A stretch of 39,623 nt of DNA from Gonapodya sp. JEL0774 (GCA_027604505.1 JADIIX010000173.1:1-39623), one strand, 5' to 3'; positions 1 through 12,991 are shown, counted from the stretch's first letter. Translations and numbers: made by a program. Notes: a model not told the origin generated them from the letters alone.

Positions 1-22
1 TCTGTTTGTTTGTGTCAATTTG

Positions 23-44
23 CCCCCCCCCCCCCCCCCCCCCC
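23..44. repeat. poly-C homopolymer (22 nt; poly-G on minus strand)
   Basis: Direct read of C22. Confidence 0.95.
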
Positions 45-429
45 AACGTTCACGCGGATTGTGGGGCTAGTCCGCGGGAAACTGTGAGCTTTCCAAACCT
101 GGACTCGGTGACCAGGCCGGGTAGAGCGCTTCATGTAAATGCACAAAAGTGCTAATGAACTATTGTCAAGTCACACAGCGCTATGATTTCAGATATCCTA
201 CAAAACAATGGTAAAGCAAAAAAGAAGAAGAAGAAAGTCGAAAGAGACTCTTCAGTTCTTTCCAAAAAAAAAGCCGTCAACTTCTGCTGCCCCTTTTCCT
301 CCTTCTCCTTGACCTTCGTACCGGCCCACCGCCTTGCCCGTACTTGCAGGAGACCGGCCCTTTCACCTGAACCTTGCTTGGCACAGGTGAAGAAGCCAAA
401 TGCTTCTAGGCGGTTATGGGTTATCTAAG

Positions 430-496
430 TCCCCGACCTGCAGTTATCGCGGGAATGCAGGTATCGGGCGTGCACTTTGCGCCCGGGAGCACTGTA
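430..496 (-). mobile_element. possible terminus of a Tc1/mariner-type DNA transposon (TA-CAGTG... end with subterminal hairpins)
   Basis: Minus strand reads TA|CAGTGCTCCCGGGCGCAAAGTGCACGCCC from 496. CAGTG preceded by TA is the usual Tc1-type terminus. GC-rich imperfect palindromes lie inside and AT-rich DNA outside. No partner TIR or transposase seen in the window. Confidence 0.25.
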
Positions 497-671
497 AATG
501 TTAAGAGCATGAAAGGAGACTGCCATGAGTAAATGATATGTATATTCATTCAAAACTAAAGCCTCGCCGAAAACGTTGGCGGACAATAATAAAATAGGAG
601 ATATTTACTGTGCAATAAGCAACTGAATAGATAGGTTTAACCCCGACGACGCAAGTGAGATTGCATCATAA

Positions 672-3600
672 TCAAGGTAGCATGCAATATTCGGTGGTCA
701 AACCGCTGGTCTCGGTGTCACTATGATGTGACGAACCACAGTGAGTCTATGTGTATCAATGTTCGCAATTGTGGTCCTTGTACTTACGGGTTGCCAAAGT
801 AGAAGTACGGGAAACCAGCATTGTCGCGGGGAAGGTACAAGGCAAGACCAATGAGGAGAGAGCACAAAATTGTCCCGGAATCCAACGCAGCTGCAATCGA
901 AGAAGGAAAGTCGGTTAATCGTAGTTCTCGATCGACAAAAAAGACAAGCCAACAAACCTGACAAAACGTAGTTGTAATTTTTCCACCAGTTCGCGAAACG
1001 CTTACGGATGTAGTGGTTGAAGAAGACACCGATCGCGCCCCAGGTGAACTAGAATAAAATGTTAACACACGTTCGGACAGCTCCGGAAATTCCCAAAGCT
1101 CAAAACTCACGAAGTTGACAGTTTGCGCAGGGGGCAAAATACCGATTCCGTTGAACATGACGGGGACGTTCACGTTGTCCCATCCAAACTTCGGGTATCG
1201 CTTGTGAAGGAGCCAGAAGGGAATGGGGGCCTAAATCACTCGTATGTTAGATCAAAACGTAACTTCCTCAAAATGACAGTATCACACTCACGAGGAGACC
1301 GATAAGCCAGAACCAGTTAAGGGGACTGTATTGGGATGTAGAACCGAACATACGAGCAGGGCCAATAACACCCCAAACAATGGACCTGAAGTTAATCGGA
1401 ACGTGAATACGGACAAGCTTCACACGGACGGCGAGAACATTGCACTCACGCAGTGAAGAATGTTTTGACGTTCGGGAGGGTGTAGTTGCCGAAAGCGCCC
1501 TATTATAAACAAATATGAATACACCGCAGACTGACGGGGTGATGTCGAATGTGCTCACCGACAAAACACCAACATCATCATCTTTAATGATGTTGCTAAG
1601 GATAAGTTTGATGAGCGGGGTTGTCAAAGTAAACCAACGGGAAACGAACATACGTAAAGATTGCGTCCATCACGAAGTAGTTCACGAGACCGGAGATCAT
1701 GGTACCGGAAACTGAACGAGAAAAGAAGGAGTAAAACTTGTTGAGAATGAGCGATTCGGTGGGGGAACAATTCGAACGTACCCTGGGCCCAGAACAAGTC
1801 CCGGGGAGGAATCTTCATGTACAAACCCAGTTTCATGTCTTGGAGGAAGGTGACAGCTTGGTACTGTTTCAATTGATGATTTGCACGAAAGTCAGCTTGG
1901 AGACAGCCGAGCGTCGTGAACAACAACTTACCTGAGAAATGTATCCATATGTCTAATTAAGAACAATAGTCACGGTCTGTTAGAGATAATTGTTTCCATC
2001 ACTTTTCGACCAACGGAAGTACCTTAAACAGCACTGTAGGAACGGAAGGAAGTTACAAAATTGCGGAGCAACGGAAGTCCAACACATGAGCTCACCGTTG
2101 CAAATGGGGCGCCCTGGAAGAATGAAACCAATCACGAGCTGAGAAATGACCAGGATTAATAACAACCCTCAGTACTCGATATCATGCTTGAGGCACACCT
2201 CAGTAATAATGTTAGTTCCAGGGAGACTTTGAATGGGAGAAGGAACGAATCAGTTGTTAGGAAGGAATCACACGATGAATTCGCCTGTGCTCACATGTTG
2301 GTCGTAGCACAGATAACTCCGGTGGGAATACTGAAGAAGAGAGCCATTGCCAGCGCTTAAGAGGTTAAAACGAGAAAGCGTTTGGTTAATGTTGGTAGCC
2401 TCAGAAATGTTGCACTGGAAACTCACCGAAGATAAGCGCCCACCAGGGCATTTCCGTTGGCCAGTACAGCACAACAAACATGCTGATAGCGGCAACAATG
2501 AGGAATAACAGTCCGAACCACCAGTGGGGGACTGTAGGGTATGCCTCCATGAGCTCGTTGTGGATGTCACCCTACAGTCGGAGTCGGTAAGACATGTTGT
2601 AGATCTGCGGCGAAAGCAAAATTAAACATACATCTTCGGTGCGGGAAGCACGGTAGCGTTGGATGATTTCCTTGCCTGCATTCAACAAGTTTGGGATTTG
2701 AACAGGGTGTAAAGCAGAAGGGGCTGCTGATTACACTCACCGTGCCAGAGAGCGACGTGCATGATGGTGCAAGTGAGGGCGGCGAAACCCATTCCGTACT
2801 ACAATTTGGAAGTCATCACTCTGCAGACAAGTTGGAAAAAAGCTGAAAAACTCACCGCAAGAGCGAAGAAGCTGGACAGGCGTAATTTGGAGTAAGCCTC
2901 GTACTTTTCTTCGTCCAAAGTTTTCTCGGGTGTGAGAATTTTGCGTACATTGTACCTGTTCGAGACAATGAACCTAAGTGTAAGGAGTCGGTTCATCACC
3001 TGAACAATTCGCACAATCTGACCTCCCCACAGACACGGCGCCATCTTCATCGGTGGTAACTGCGAAAGCGCCTGAAGAGGAGATCGGGAACAACTGTGCT
3101 TCCCACACGTTGTTGTAGTACAACGCCGGAACGATGACCCATGCGGCTAACGCGACACCTGAATGGAGGAAACTGATGAGCACACCTTACAATGCTGAAG
3201 ACACAAGCCAGAGATTCCCACCGAAGCAACAGTTGACGAGAACCGAGGTAGGGTACATCAAGGGCGAGTACAGGAAAGAAGTGATGGTGGCCCAGTCAAG
3301 GGAGAAGTTCTGCAGGAATAGTCATGGAGATATTAGTAACACGACACTACAAAATACCGAAGAAAGATAAAGGAGACTTACCAAAACACCAAGTCCGGCC
3401 AGACCACTGCCGACATTTCCAACGACGGTACTGGATTGGTTGAACCAGCATAAGATGGAGATTGAGGTTAGGATCTACGGGCCTCATCGCGGTTAGTTTC
3501 TGCACCAGAAACGGACTTGTCGCAAAAAACTGCCATCTCACAGGCATGATAAAACCGGGGAAGAAGTAGTAGACAAAGGCGGATGCAGCAACGATTCCGA

Positions 3601-4910
3601 AGAACTTTGAGAAGAGAGAGGTTAGCGACCATCTACTCTCTAAACTGATGTGGTTCTCATCCTAGTTACCTTTTGGTGGACACCCAAACGGCCATCCTCG
3701 CTGGTCTCGTGGAGAGTTTTGAAAAGCTGCAGTAGACACGTTAGGTCAATGTGACTCAGCACCTACGCGTTGTTCCATCTAACTCACAGCCACTGTAGGC
3801 AAGTTCGCCGGCCACCACATGGAAGGGGGGTCGACAAGGATAGTACGGGAAAGACCAGCCATACCGTAACCGGCCATTTGTGTCTGCCATTTAGCACTAC
3901 GTTTAAAAAGGAATCGAATACGGCGGGCGCAATGACGCTCGAATCTCACAGTCATAATCAAAAGAATACCGTACGCAGGTCCGAAGTTCTGCTTGTAGAA
4001 CAAGCGTTGAATACCGAGAATGTCAGTGGCGTAAGCGGATTGGAAGCCGGCATTGGCAAACTACAGAAGAAAAAACAATTAAAGATGGAGTCTTAGTCCG
4101 TGCAACCAGAAAACACTGGACGTACGATTGTGATCAGGGCGTGCTCTTTCATCTGAAGAGAGCGTGAGTGTCGGGCATAGTTGGTCGGGCATAGTTAGCA
4201 TCTGAGTGAAAATGAGGTTCGGAGCCTATGCGACTCTGCGACTCACAGTGAACGGGCCAGGGTTGAGTGAGAAGCTACCGATGAAGGGAACTTTAATAAT
4301 GGTTGCCGGAAGAGTCTTCTCCATCGCCTTGCCCATGAAGCTGTGAGAAGACGGGAATGTTAGGCTCAGTGGCCACTGTAGCAGTTCCATCAGTTTGACT
4401 TACAATGCCAGCAACGCGCAGGCAATCTGGCCGAGAACGACGGGGGTGGACGTGAACCTTCAACATCAGCAGTCAAGCTCGTCAGTTCCGGATGTGTGAC
4501 GAACAATCTGGCCAAATCGGACTCACCAGAAGTATTGGTTCACACCAGCAACGATAACGGACCACGCGACTCCGAGAGTTACTGCGCGGAAACTCCAGCA
4601 TGGAGCAGTGGGGCTGACAAATACAACGTGTGATTGAGGTGGGTAAAACTATCGATTTTCATAGTTGAGAGACAACTTACTCATCGGTCTCGGGAACTGT
4701 TGCACCGACTTCGGGGACGGAAGCTCGACTGTGAAAAGGTGGGTAGGTGGGTTCATGTCATATGTCACGATCGCCGACAGAGCACCCGGACATTCCACCG
4801 CGGAAGAGATCAGCTCACCTCTTAAACTCAACCTCATCGAGCTTCTTCTCGATATCCTTCTTCTCCGCGTCCACGATGCCAAGAGGTGTTGTTTCTGTGG
4901 AATCTGCCAT
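672..4910 (-). CDS. OPT-family oligopeptide transporter (OPT1/Isp4-like), many short exons
   Basis: Spliced exons give OPT hallmark motifs: PTAPCWSFRAVTLG..NQYF, NPGPFT|MKEHALITI, TQMAGYGMAGLSRTILVDPPSMWWPANL, YNVRKIL..LDEEKYEAYS, DIHNELMEAYPTVPHWW, GPARMFG, GIGILPPAQTVNF. ATG at 4910 (MADSTETTPLG). Last exon ends PDTETSGLTTEYCMLP* with TGA at 672-674. GT-AG introns. Confidence 0.93.
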
Positions 4911-5950
4911 GGTCGCTGAACGATAGCCCAAGGTGTTTCACAAGGTCGTCTCACGATCTGCGACTGTTTTTATAACGCAGGTTCTGGACAACCGATCGAC
5001 CCTGCTTTTTATTCACGTGTTTCTGTTCTTGAGGGGTGAATCACTTGATCCCACCGCCCTTGATTTTGCTGCCTCCACGAAAAAAGGGAAAACTCAGGGC
5101 TGCCAACAAGAAAAGTCTTGCCGGAAAGCGGAATTTATCTCTTTGAAGAATACATTTCCCTGTTTAACATCACCGTGATAACTTTAAATTGGTGGGTGAG
5201 AACGTTTGGGGTAGGCCGTTGGGTTCAATCCACTTTCCGCGGTGCCGTGACATCTCGCGACATGAATCCACGATGGTCCTCATTTCAAACAAAAGGAGTT
5301 CATGTTTCCGACCACTTGAGAAGGAATTCATACTGTCGGATATGAATTTGATCCCTTTCATTCACTTCAATCACTCGTCCCTGGAATTTTTTCTCGAGGG
5401 GACGGCGGTGCAACAACGCCAAGAAACACTGACGGACACCCATGAGAACATGAAGCAGAAGTCGACGAAAGCATAGATGTTATCCAGGAACCACTGACGG
5501 AAAAGCAATAATATTGTGCAATACGGTCGTGCTTAATTACTTCCGCCCATCGTTGGGCACGCGGTGCTATAAGATGGTTGAAATATTTCAGGTTTTGAAC
5601 ACGACGATTGGCGTTGGAGAATAATACTATGTATGTGAAAGACAAATGCTCAACCGCGAAGATTTGTTTCTCCAGTCATCGGGTGCGCGCCCTTTCGGCG
5701 GCACCCAACGTTTCCGACGGCATATGTTTACTGTTTACATCGTTTCCTCCCCTTGACTCACCTTTCTCATCTTGAGGGGAAAGAGTACCGAAGCATATTC
5801 AATCTTCAGAAAAGTAAAGTTACCTAAAAATCATGAGAACCCTGTGTTTTCATCTGATCAGGTATAGGTACATGATCAGCACCGGACTGGCATTATCTCT
5901 GCTACCCTCCTAATAGCTATTAGATTTCATCACTGTTGCCAAACAGACTC

Positions 5951-7311
5951 TTAACAAAGACTCTCATCGCAGAGAGGAGTTGCACCAGCATTGGTCAAGC
6001 GTTTGACATTTGCAATCTGCGCCAAACACTCCGTCCTTTTCCCGCATATGCCATATGCGCACGCGGCGGCGCAGTATGATGGAGCTTGAGATGGCGTGGT
6101 GGACGGAATCGCACCGTTATTATTGATCCACCTGGAGATGCATGCCTGTCCGCCGGCTGTTGTGCAGGTGCTGGGGGTGCTGCCAGCTGTGGATTCGAGA
6201 GCATTATCAGAATTAAACAGGCAGCAAAAAAAGCAGCCAGCTACGCACAGGTCGGTGGTTGGGAGGAAGCTGTTGGCCGTGGTGGAAGAGGTGCATTTTT
6301 GTATGAGCGGCGAGCGCGCTTGCAATCCGGTGCCAGAACTCACCACAACAAGATGCTGTCGAGCCGCTACAGAGAGTATTCCCTGATTGACAAGCGCATT
6401 TCCCTAATAACACGTTTGGTTACTTCCTGCTGGATGCATCGGCCAACTCCGAATCTCAACATACCGTTAATGCAATAAAGATTGTTAGCGCACTGGTTGC
6501 TGTTTGCACACGTGGCACCAGATGCACCATTGGAGCTTGAGGCTTCTCAATGTCGGTAGTAAGCAAAGCGAGGCCGTGCGAACTTATGATATAGAAAGGG
6601 GCACTCACATGATGACGCTGTTTGAAGGTTCAAAACAATGTTAGCAACTGCTNNNNNNNNNNNNNNNNNNNNNNNNNNNNNNNNNNNNNNNNNNNNNNNN
6701 NNNNNNNNNNNNNNNNNNNNNNNNNNNNNNNNNNNNNNNNNNNNNNNNAGGCGTGCGAACTTATGATATAGAAAGGGGCACTCACATGATGACGCTGTTT
6801 GAAGGTTCAAAACAATGTTAGCAACTGCAGCCGCCGAAAAAGGATTTTCCGAGGATACGTACCACAGCACGAAGTGGTTGACCCGCTGCAGAGAGTTTTC
6901 CCCGATTCACAAGCACATCTCCCTAATAGCACGTTTGGTTACTCCCCGCTGGATGCATCGATCAACTCCAAATATCAATATACCGTTAATACAATAAAGA
7001 TTGTTAGCGCACTGGTTGCTGTTTGCACACGTGGCGCCAGAGGCGAGAGTGGAGCTCGAAGCTGGAAGCACGGCGGGTTGCTGCAGGGATAGGCAGGCGA
7101 GAAACTCCACAAGCAACTCACACGAGGATGAGGTCCCACCGACACTACTCCCGCTGCTTCTCCGAGAGAGTGGGATCCCGACACCCAAACCGATTCCGAG
7201 CCCAACAATAATCACACACAAGCACGGCCAGAAGTACTGATTGTGACGTGGCTTTGCCTTCGGTGGCTCTGCGATCTCGAGTTTGACGATCTGTTCCATT
7301 CCGGATTTCAT
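5951..7311 (-). CDS. cysteine-rich type-II membrane protein with repeated EB-like Cys modules (uncharacterised)
   Basis: Hydrophobic anchor YFWPCLCVIIVGLGIGLGVGIPL, then a Ser-rich linker. Two spliced modules CANSNQCANNLYCINGKCAC(E/Q)SG(K/N)TLCSGST(T/A)SCC follow, and a Cys-rich C-terminus ends TPLCDESLC* at 5951. Splice phases are consistent. The gene crosses an N gap. Confidence 0.7.
6342..7041. repeat. internal duplication of an exon-intron-exon unit (~180 bp cores at 6342-6521 and 6862-7041)
   Basis: Two similar copies, e.g. caataaagattgttagcgcactggttgctgtttgcacacgtggc in both, including homologous introns. Confidence 0.9.
6653..6748. other. assembly gap (96 N) flanked by an identical 77-bp duplicate (6575-6651 = 6752-6828)
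   Basis: Direct read. Confidence 0.95.
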
Positions 7312-7913
7312 TGCGGAATGCCAACTAAAACGGGGTTGGTGTCTGGCCGCGGAACGAATTAATTTATTTGCTTTATGTTGGAGTTTCCCCGGTCCACGGC
7401 AGACTTCCACAGCTGTTTGAGATGCGTACGCATCATTTGTGGCACAGCAAAACAAGAGTTCAAATAAACTAATTGATCAGTTGGATTCTGTTGGATTGCG
7501 ATCGAACGCGGGTCTTTTACCATATTCCTCATGACCCCAAAGTCCCCGAAACATGAACCCCATGAATCACCTTTTCGTCAGGGTACCTCCACTCTCCTTC
7601 ACTCTTCGTGTATGTACATCGTTTTGCTGCGAAAATTGGTGTGTAAGTGTAACCTTTCTCAAGACGGAATGTATGATATTGATTGGGTATATAATGTTTT
7701 GGTATGTGATAATTTCTGCTAAATGATGCCCGCCACACATTTTCTCCCTTCCCTCTTCGAGCCCAAACCAATATATATCTATGTAAAATAAATTAATCAA
7801 AAATGCTGGTTTGGAACGCAACCTCTCCCAAGAAGGTTTGACTCTCTTGATCCGTGCACCCTCCTGGGAACTTGGTCCGCCCAACTTTTTCGTACACCGC
7901 TCTCCGCTCATCC

Positions 7914-10483
7914 ATGAAGACAGCAAAACCGACAGCTTCCTCGGCGGCGAAGACAATCGATCTGCAAGAGCGCCGCCGCCAACAGTTGGAGGAATGGAAA
8001 CGACGGAAACTAGGAGCGGCTGGTTCTGGGACTGCCAGCGCTCCATCGACATCAAGGTATGAATCGCCATCGGAGCCGTTCGATTTTGGAATTGGAATCG
8101 GGAAACTGCAGGATCGGTGGTGTTTTCGCTCAGACATGCCGGGAAGAGTTGGTCCGCCAGTCGGTCACCGGACCAGGGGGACGCCATCCGTCCGCCGCAG
8201 AGACCGCGGCGCCCTAGACGATTGCTGAGCACGTTCACGTTTTCCATAACCTAATGGCTTCTCTGAACTCTTTCATCGCCCACAGCGCGAAGCCATCGGT
8301 GCCGAAGGTGGTTTCGAGCGTCACGAGTAAGTAATTTCACTGTCTGTCGGGATTGGTTGGGACTCTGACATTCGGCTACAACAAAATCTTACTCCCTCTA
8401 GATAGAAGTGCCCCGTACTCAGGAGTCCCGCTAGTATCGGCTTTCGCGTCCTCTAAACCACCACCTCCAGTCTTGAAACGCAAAGTACCTACCGCCCCGG
8501 TGCCGCCTGCCCCAGCCCGTATCCCGATTCATTCTCAGGCGAAGCGGATTCCCGGGGCGGTTAAGCGTGCTCCGGTGTCCGCACACTCCGCCCGGTTGCC
8601 CGCTTCCCATGTCGAATTGGACGGAAACACATCGTCACCATCCGATGTTGAAGCGGCACAGCAACTACCCGAAGAACATCTCGTGGTTTCACAATTCTCC
8701 ACGAAGGAGAATCAAAATGGTCTTCCAAAGGATGACATGTTTGTATCTGATGCTCAAGTGGACGTCACTCCACTTGAGCCAAACTCTACAGTCAGTTCAG
8801 TGCTCACGACGTCTTCGAATTCAATCGATCCGTAGTGCCTCACAGCACACGCCTGTCCAACCGACGGACATTCCTTCAGACCACGAGGGGTCAGATTCAG
8901 CTCACACACTGTCTGTGCTTGGAGAAATGTTCAATGAAAGAAAGTTGGCTTCATATTGGATGCTGCTGGCTGCGCAAGCATGGGCAGAAGGCAGGCTAGA
9001 GGAAGGAAAAGGCTTGTTGGAAGAAGCCTCGCGAATTGGAGCTGAGGTAAATCATAACATGTTTGCGAGCAATTCGGCACGGTACAAATCGTCCCCTATA
9101 TTTTTAGCCGAAGATGCACGTGGAGCTTATGTCCGAAATATTCCCATCCGAGCCGAAAGGTGGGGTGTTTTGTACACTTGTGAAGTCGGAGTACGGTACT
9201 CATTGGACTGGAAACTGTTAGTCGTCGCTGGACCTGCCAAAACGCACAGTGCGCCGACCAACCAATCGACTCCGAATGATTTCCATCACTCTCTCTCTGC
9301 CTTTGACGGCCAGGCCTTCAACAAATCCCCTCTCGCTGCCAATTCGGGTGTCGTGTTGCATGACGGCCGGTCCCACGGTGACCTCACGACGACAATCATT
9401 TCTCCTGTGCGAGGTCTAGAACTTGATGAACGCCACACATTCCGCATTCCTACGGATAGTGCTCTAGACTATGACACGCCCACGAGCTTGCAAACCGGAC
9501 GAAATGGAGCTCTATTCTCCCCTTCTAGTGAGGATAGCCACGGTAAAGTCGCAAAAGAGAGGCTCAGACTCGACCACGAAGAAGACTCCAAAGGCGACTT
9601 TCTGGTGTTGCACCGGCCCAGTGATATAGTGCCCACCACCCCGACAAACACACCACTCACATTTGTAGTGCAGACACCTCAAACTGTCCAAGCGAGTTCG
9701 CCTTTGCTCCTGCGCCAAAACGACACTCTGCCCCGCACTCGCACACCACGGCAGAGGAGGCTCTTTGACCCCCCACAGCTTGTTGAAGCACCCGACCGTC
9801 GCCGTTCGGCCGCCGTCCGAGAAATTGTTGAGCTCCTTGGAGCGGTGGCGATCAATGACATGACCCCGCACCAAGTTTTGGCACCAACGACTCCACGTCT
9901 GAAGAGGGAGATGGCCAGTATTGGTGGAATGAGACCCTCCGCATCGGTCAGAAAAAGCCTCGCACTCCCTGATGGCATGGTCCCAGTGGAACCTATGGCA
10001 GGTGAAGTAGAAGGGAGCAGCATAACGGTGTTAACGCCAGTGCGTGCAAAACCGAAGGAGAGGGGTGGTAGGTTCTTGCAGTGGAGAGTTTAAATTAGCG
10101 AATGCTGTCGGAGAAATGACATCACTACGTTTTGGTCTTTATTAGCTCTTGGTACATCGATGTACGTCACGCAAGTCCGCCGCTCTCTTCGACATCTGCC
10201 CTTGGACGATGAATTGCGTCCTGAGGATAACAGTGGGGATGAAGACTATGCTGATGAGAATGGTAGCCCGGGTAACTCAGTTGCGACTTCAATGGAGCCT
10301 TCAGAGAACGGGCGCAAGCTACACAAATTGTTAGAGGATAACGCCTACGCCTACAAACCTAATAAGGTAAGGCTCTTAAAACTGAATGTCTCATCTCGGT
10401 GATAACTACAGACCTTCGTGCTACTACAGGCGATCGACCAGCAACAAAGTCTTGCAATGCTGCGGGGGCAGCTGATGAAATGA
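7914..10483 (+). CDS. CKAP2/CKAP2L-like protein (CKAP2 C-terminal-domain-like), multi-exon, largely disordered
   Basis: N-terminal QERRRQQLEEWKRRK, central KLASYWMLLAAQAWAEGRLEEGKGLLEEASRIGAE, and C-terminal VLTPVR / YVTQVRRSLR / AYAYKPNK|AI. These recall the CKAP2 motifs (KYWICLA..YEKAILAGAQP, LTPVRRS, RPNAAL) in the same order. Many S/T-P sites. Recognised from memory, not by search. Confidence 0.65.
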
Positions 10484-10585
10484 CCTAAAATGAGCCAAGA
10501 GAAGTTTACCCTTTATTAAAGCTAGCTGACTGCATTCTTAACGATCCATCTTGTTTGATATGAGTGGGGCAAATATAGTACGAAT

Positions 10586-12991
10586 TTATTTGTTTCCATT
10601 CAGAGTCTCATCCATCTCTTTCATGAATTGAATGTATTCCTCGTCCTTGACAGTGGGATCTTGTGTGAAGTTTGATGGCACGCAAATGGATGAACTCCTT
10701 CTTTTCGAGCTTGTGGGGACTCCTGCAAAAGGCAGCGATGCTTCCTCCAGCGCGTTGCAATCTGTCCCCATGATGCTGTACACTTCAAGCTCTGTGACCT
10801 CGAAAGGGATAGCAAAGTCTCTAACGAGATGATAGCCAGCTTTGGCTCCAGAAGCTGCCCCACGAGTTCTACTGAATGAAAACGTTGGGGGTGTTGAAAC
10901 TTGTATTGGGTGTTGTTGATAGATACCCGATTGGAGGGTTTCATTCAGAGATATACGACTTTCCTTGGACTTGCCGCTGGTGGAGCCGCCCCCAAACGAG
11001 ATTCCACTGGGACCAAAATGGACATACTGAGTGCTTTGCATGGTAGGATGATAGACCTTACACACCGAACGAACTGATGAATTGACGGTAGTCGAAAAAT
11101 TGAGTGAAAATAACCCTTATTACCTCGAAATACGGCTGAAGTTCAAAAATGAAGCATTCCTCTGACCCGAAAAATCCAGTTTTGCTTTCTTCCCAGTTGG
11201 TTGGGACATATGCTCCAATGGTGAAATTTTCGGAGGCAACCGTTCCCACAGTCAAGGCTTTATCAGCTTTGCACCTGATCAGCATGAGAGTCGGTGTACC
11301 GCATTTGAAAACGTGGTCTCTGAACATTTGTAATGAAAATCCATGATGATTTCCGGAGTAGATAAGCTTCCACACCGCCTGGAGAGCTCCCGAAGAGTAT
11401 CGAAAAGTCTTCTTGGCTGCCGATTCTGGCAGGAACGACGATAATTGCCATGCCACCAGAGGGTTGAGTATTTTCGGGTACGTCTCCGTGCACCAAAGAA
11501 CCGGAAGAACAGGCTCCGAGAAAATACCGGTGGCAACAGCAACCTGTGTTGCGGAAGTGTTGGGGCCAAAGCTCTCCTCTATCTCGCTACCGGGAGGAAG
11601 GAGTTCATCTGGGACAGCGAAAAGTGTCATGCAAGTGTCTTTGAGGAATGTGGATAGACCGTTCGGAAGATATTGCGCTTGCATGGCGACCCATTCACGA
11701 AGATGTTTCAACTGGATTGTGTCGCTACCTTTGATGGTGGAAAGGGAGCCCGTAGAGCTTACTTGACAGTTACCGGTGTACCGGAAAATCTGATCAACAA
11801 TCGCTATGACACGTGCGCTTGGATCACAAGTACCCTCGGCAACAGATGAAGTGACTCGTGATTCACTTATGGAAGGCCGGTGGTTTATCTGCAGAGATTT
11901 GGAATTCGCACCTTGATTAATTGCTGGATTTTTCGGGTGCTTCCCGAACTTTTCATTCAGGATCTTGTATTTGCTCATTCGGAGGTGCGCGAGAACTTCG
12001 AAGATCCTGACGATGTCTTGGTGCGGAATCACGCATTTTTCGTCTCCAGACTTCTCCGACGAGATCTTATCGGACAACACAACCACATGTGTCGCTCCCA
12101 GTGTACTTCGCCGTTTAGTTTTGCTGACCACGGAATTTCTCTGCTTGAAAGTGATATCCGCAACCTCCCGCCGCTCGATCTCTACAAAGAGGCGCGTATC
12201 ACCATTTGAGACGTTTCCATTTCCTTCTTGTTGTCCAGATGTTTCAAGCTCAATTTGAGACGAGTTTCTCTTTAGTAGCTCCGGAGACACTTTCGTCACG
12301 TCACTTGTGGCTACACTTGGGCGACGGCTCGATTGGGTGAACAGAGGGAGCCCATTGCTATGCGAGAAAGCATCGAGCATCTGAAATAAGACCTGTTCTG
12401 GCTCGTCCACAAGAGAATAAGATGACAGTGCGTGCAGTAAGGTGTGGTAATCTAACTGATCCATTGATGGGAAGATATTGGGATGGAAATGCCTGGAGTG
12501 CTTCGTAAAAGACAGCCAAATCTGCTCGAATGCAATAGCAGGTAACTTGAAATAGTCCTTTGCAGTTTTCATTTAATCAGTATAGAGTTCGCCGTTTGTT
12601 AAAGTAAACCCCCATCCTCACCTCCAACGATTTCTTCCCAATCGTCGCCGTGCTTGCAGGTTTATTTGACAAAGAACTTCTCCGAATTTGGATTGGTGCT
12701 GTGGATCGCGAGTTCCAAAGATGGAGGGCATCATCAGGACTAAGTTCACTTACAAAGAGCAGCTCCTCCAAGGACCCCAGTTGATCCCTCGTTTCCCTTG
12801 GAAAGCCAGTTAAAGACGAGGCGTATCGTTCGCCTTTCCGATGCCGAGAAGAGTGACTCCAGTTGCTCGGTGCATATTGAGAATGTTGGATCAGGATCGG
12901 AAGCTGGCCCAACTGGTTGCGGTCTTTGAAGGGTTGTCGCTGCGATCGCTGGTGGACGTCCCCTTGAGGGGAAGCAACATAATATGGACAT
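10586..12991 (-). CDS. TLDc-domain protein (Rtc5/MEAK7-like), paralog A
   Basis: TLDc motifs WKLIYSGNHHGFSLQMF..PTLMLI..IGAYVPTNW..FFGSEECFIFELQPYFEV..GISFGGG..ISLNETLQSG..FEVTELEVY. Starts MSILCCF at 12991. Stop at 10586. Confidence 0.85.

Noticed and set aside
183..428. 81-aa Lys-rich ORF
   Set aside because: Explained by A-rich low-complexity sequence, with no recognisable motif.
5118..5645. Short ORFs between the OPT and Cys-rich genes, including a YEFLLKW chromo-like word on minus
   Set aside because: Short frames closed by stops, no coherent splice model and no further motif support.
7567..8247. 226-aa minus-strand ORF
   Set aside because: Antisense shadow of the CKAP2-like first exon and promoter, with no motif.
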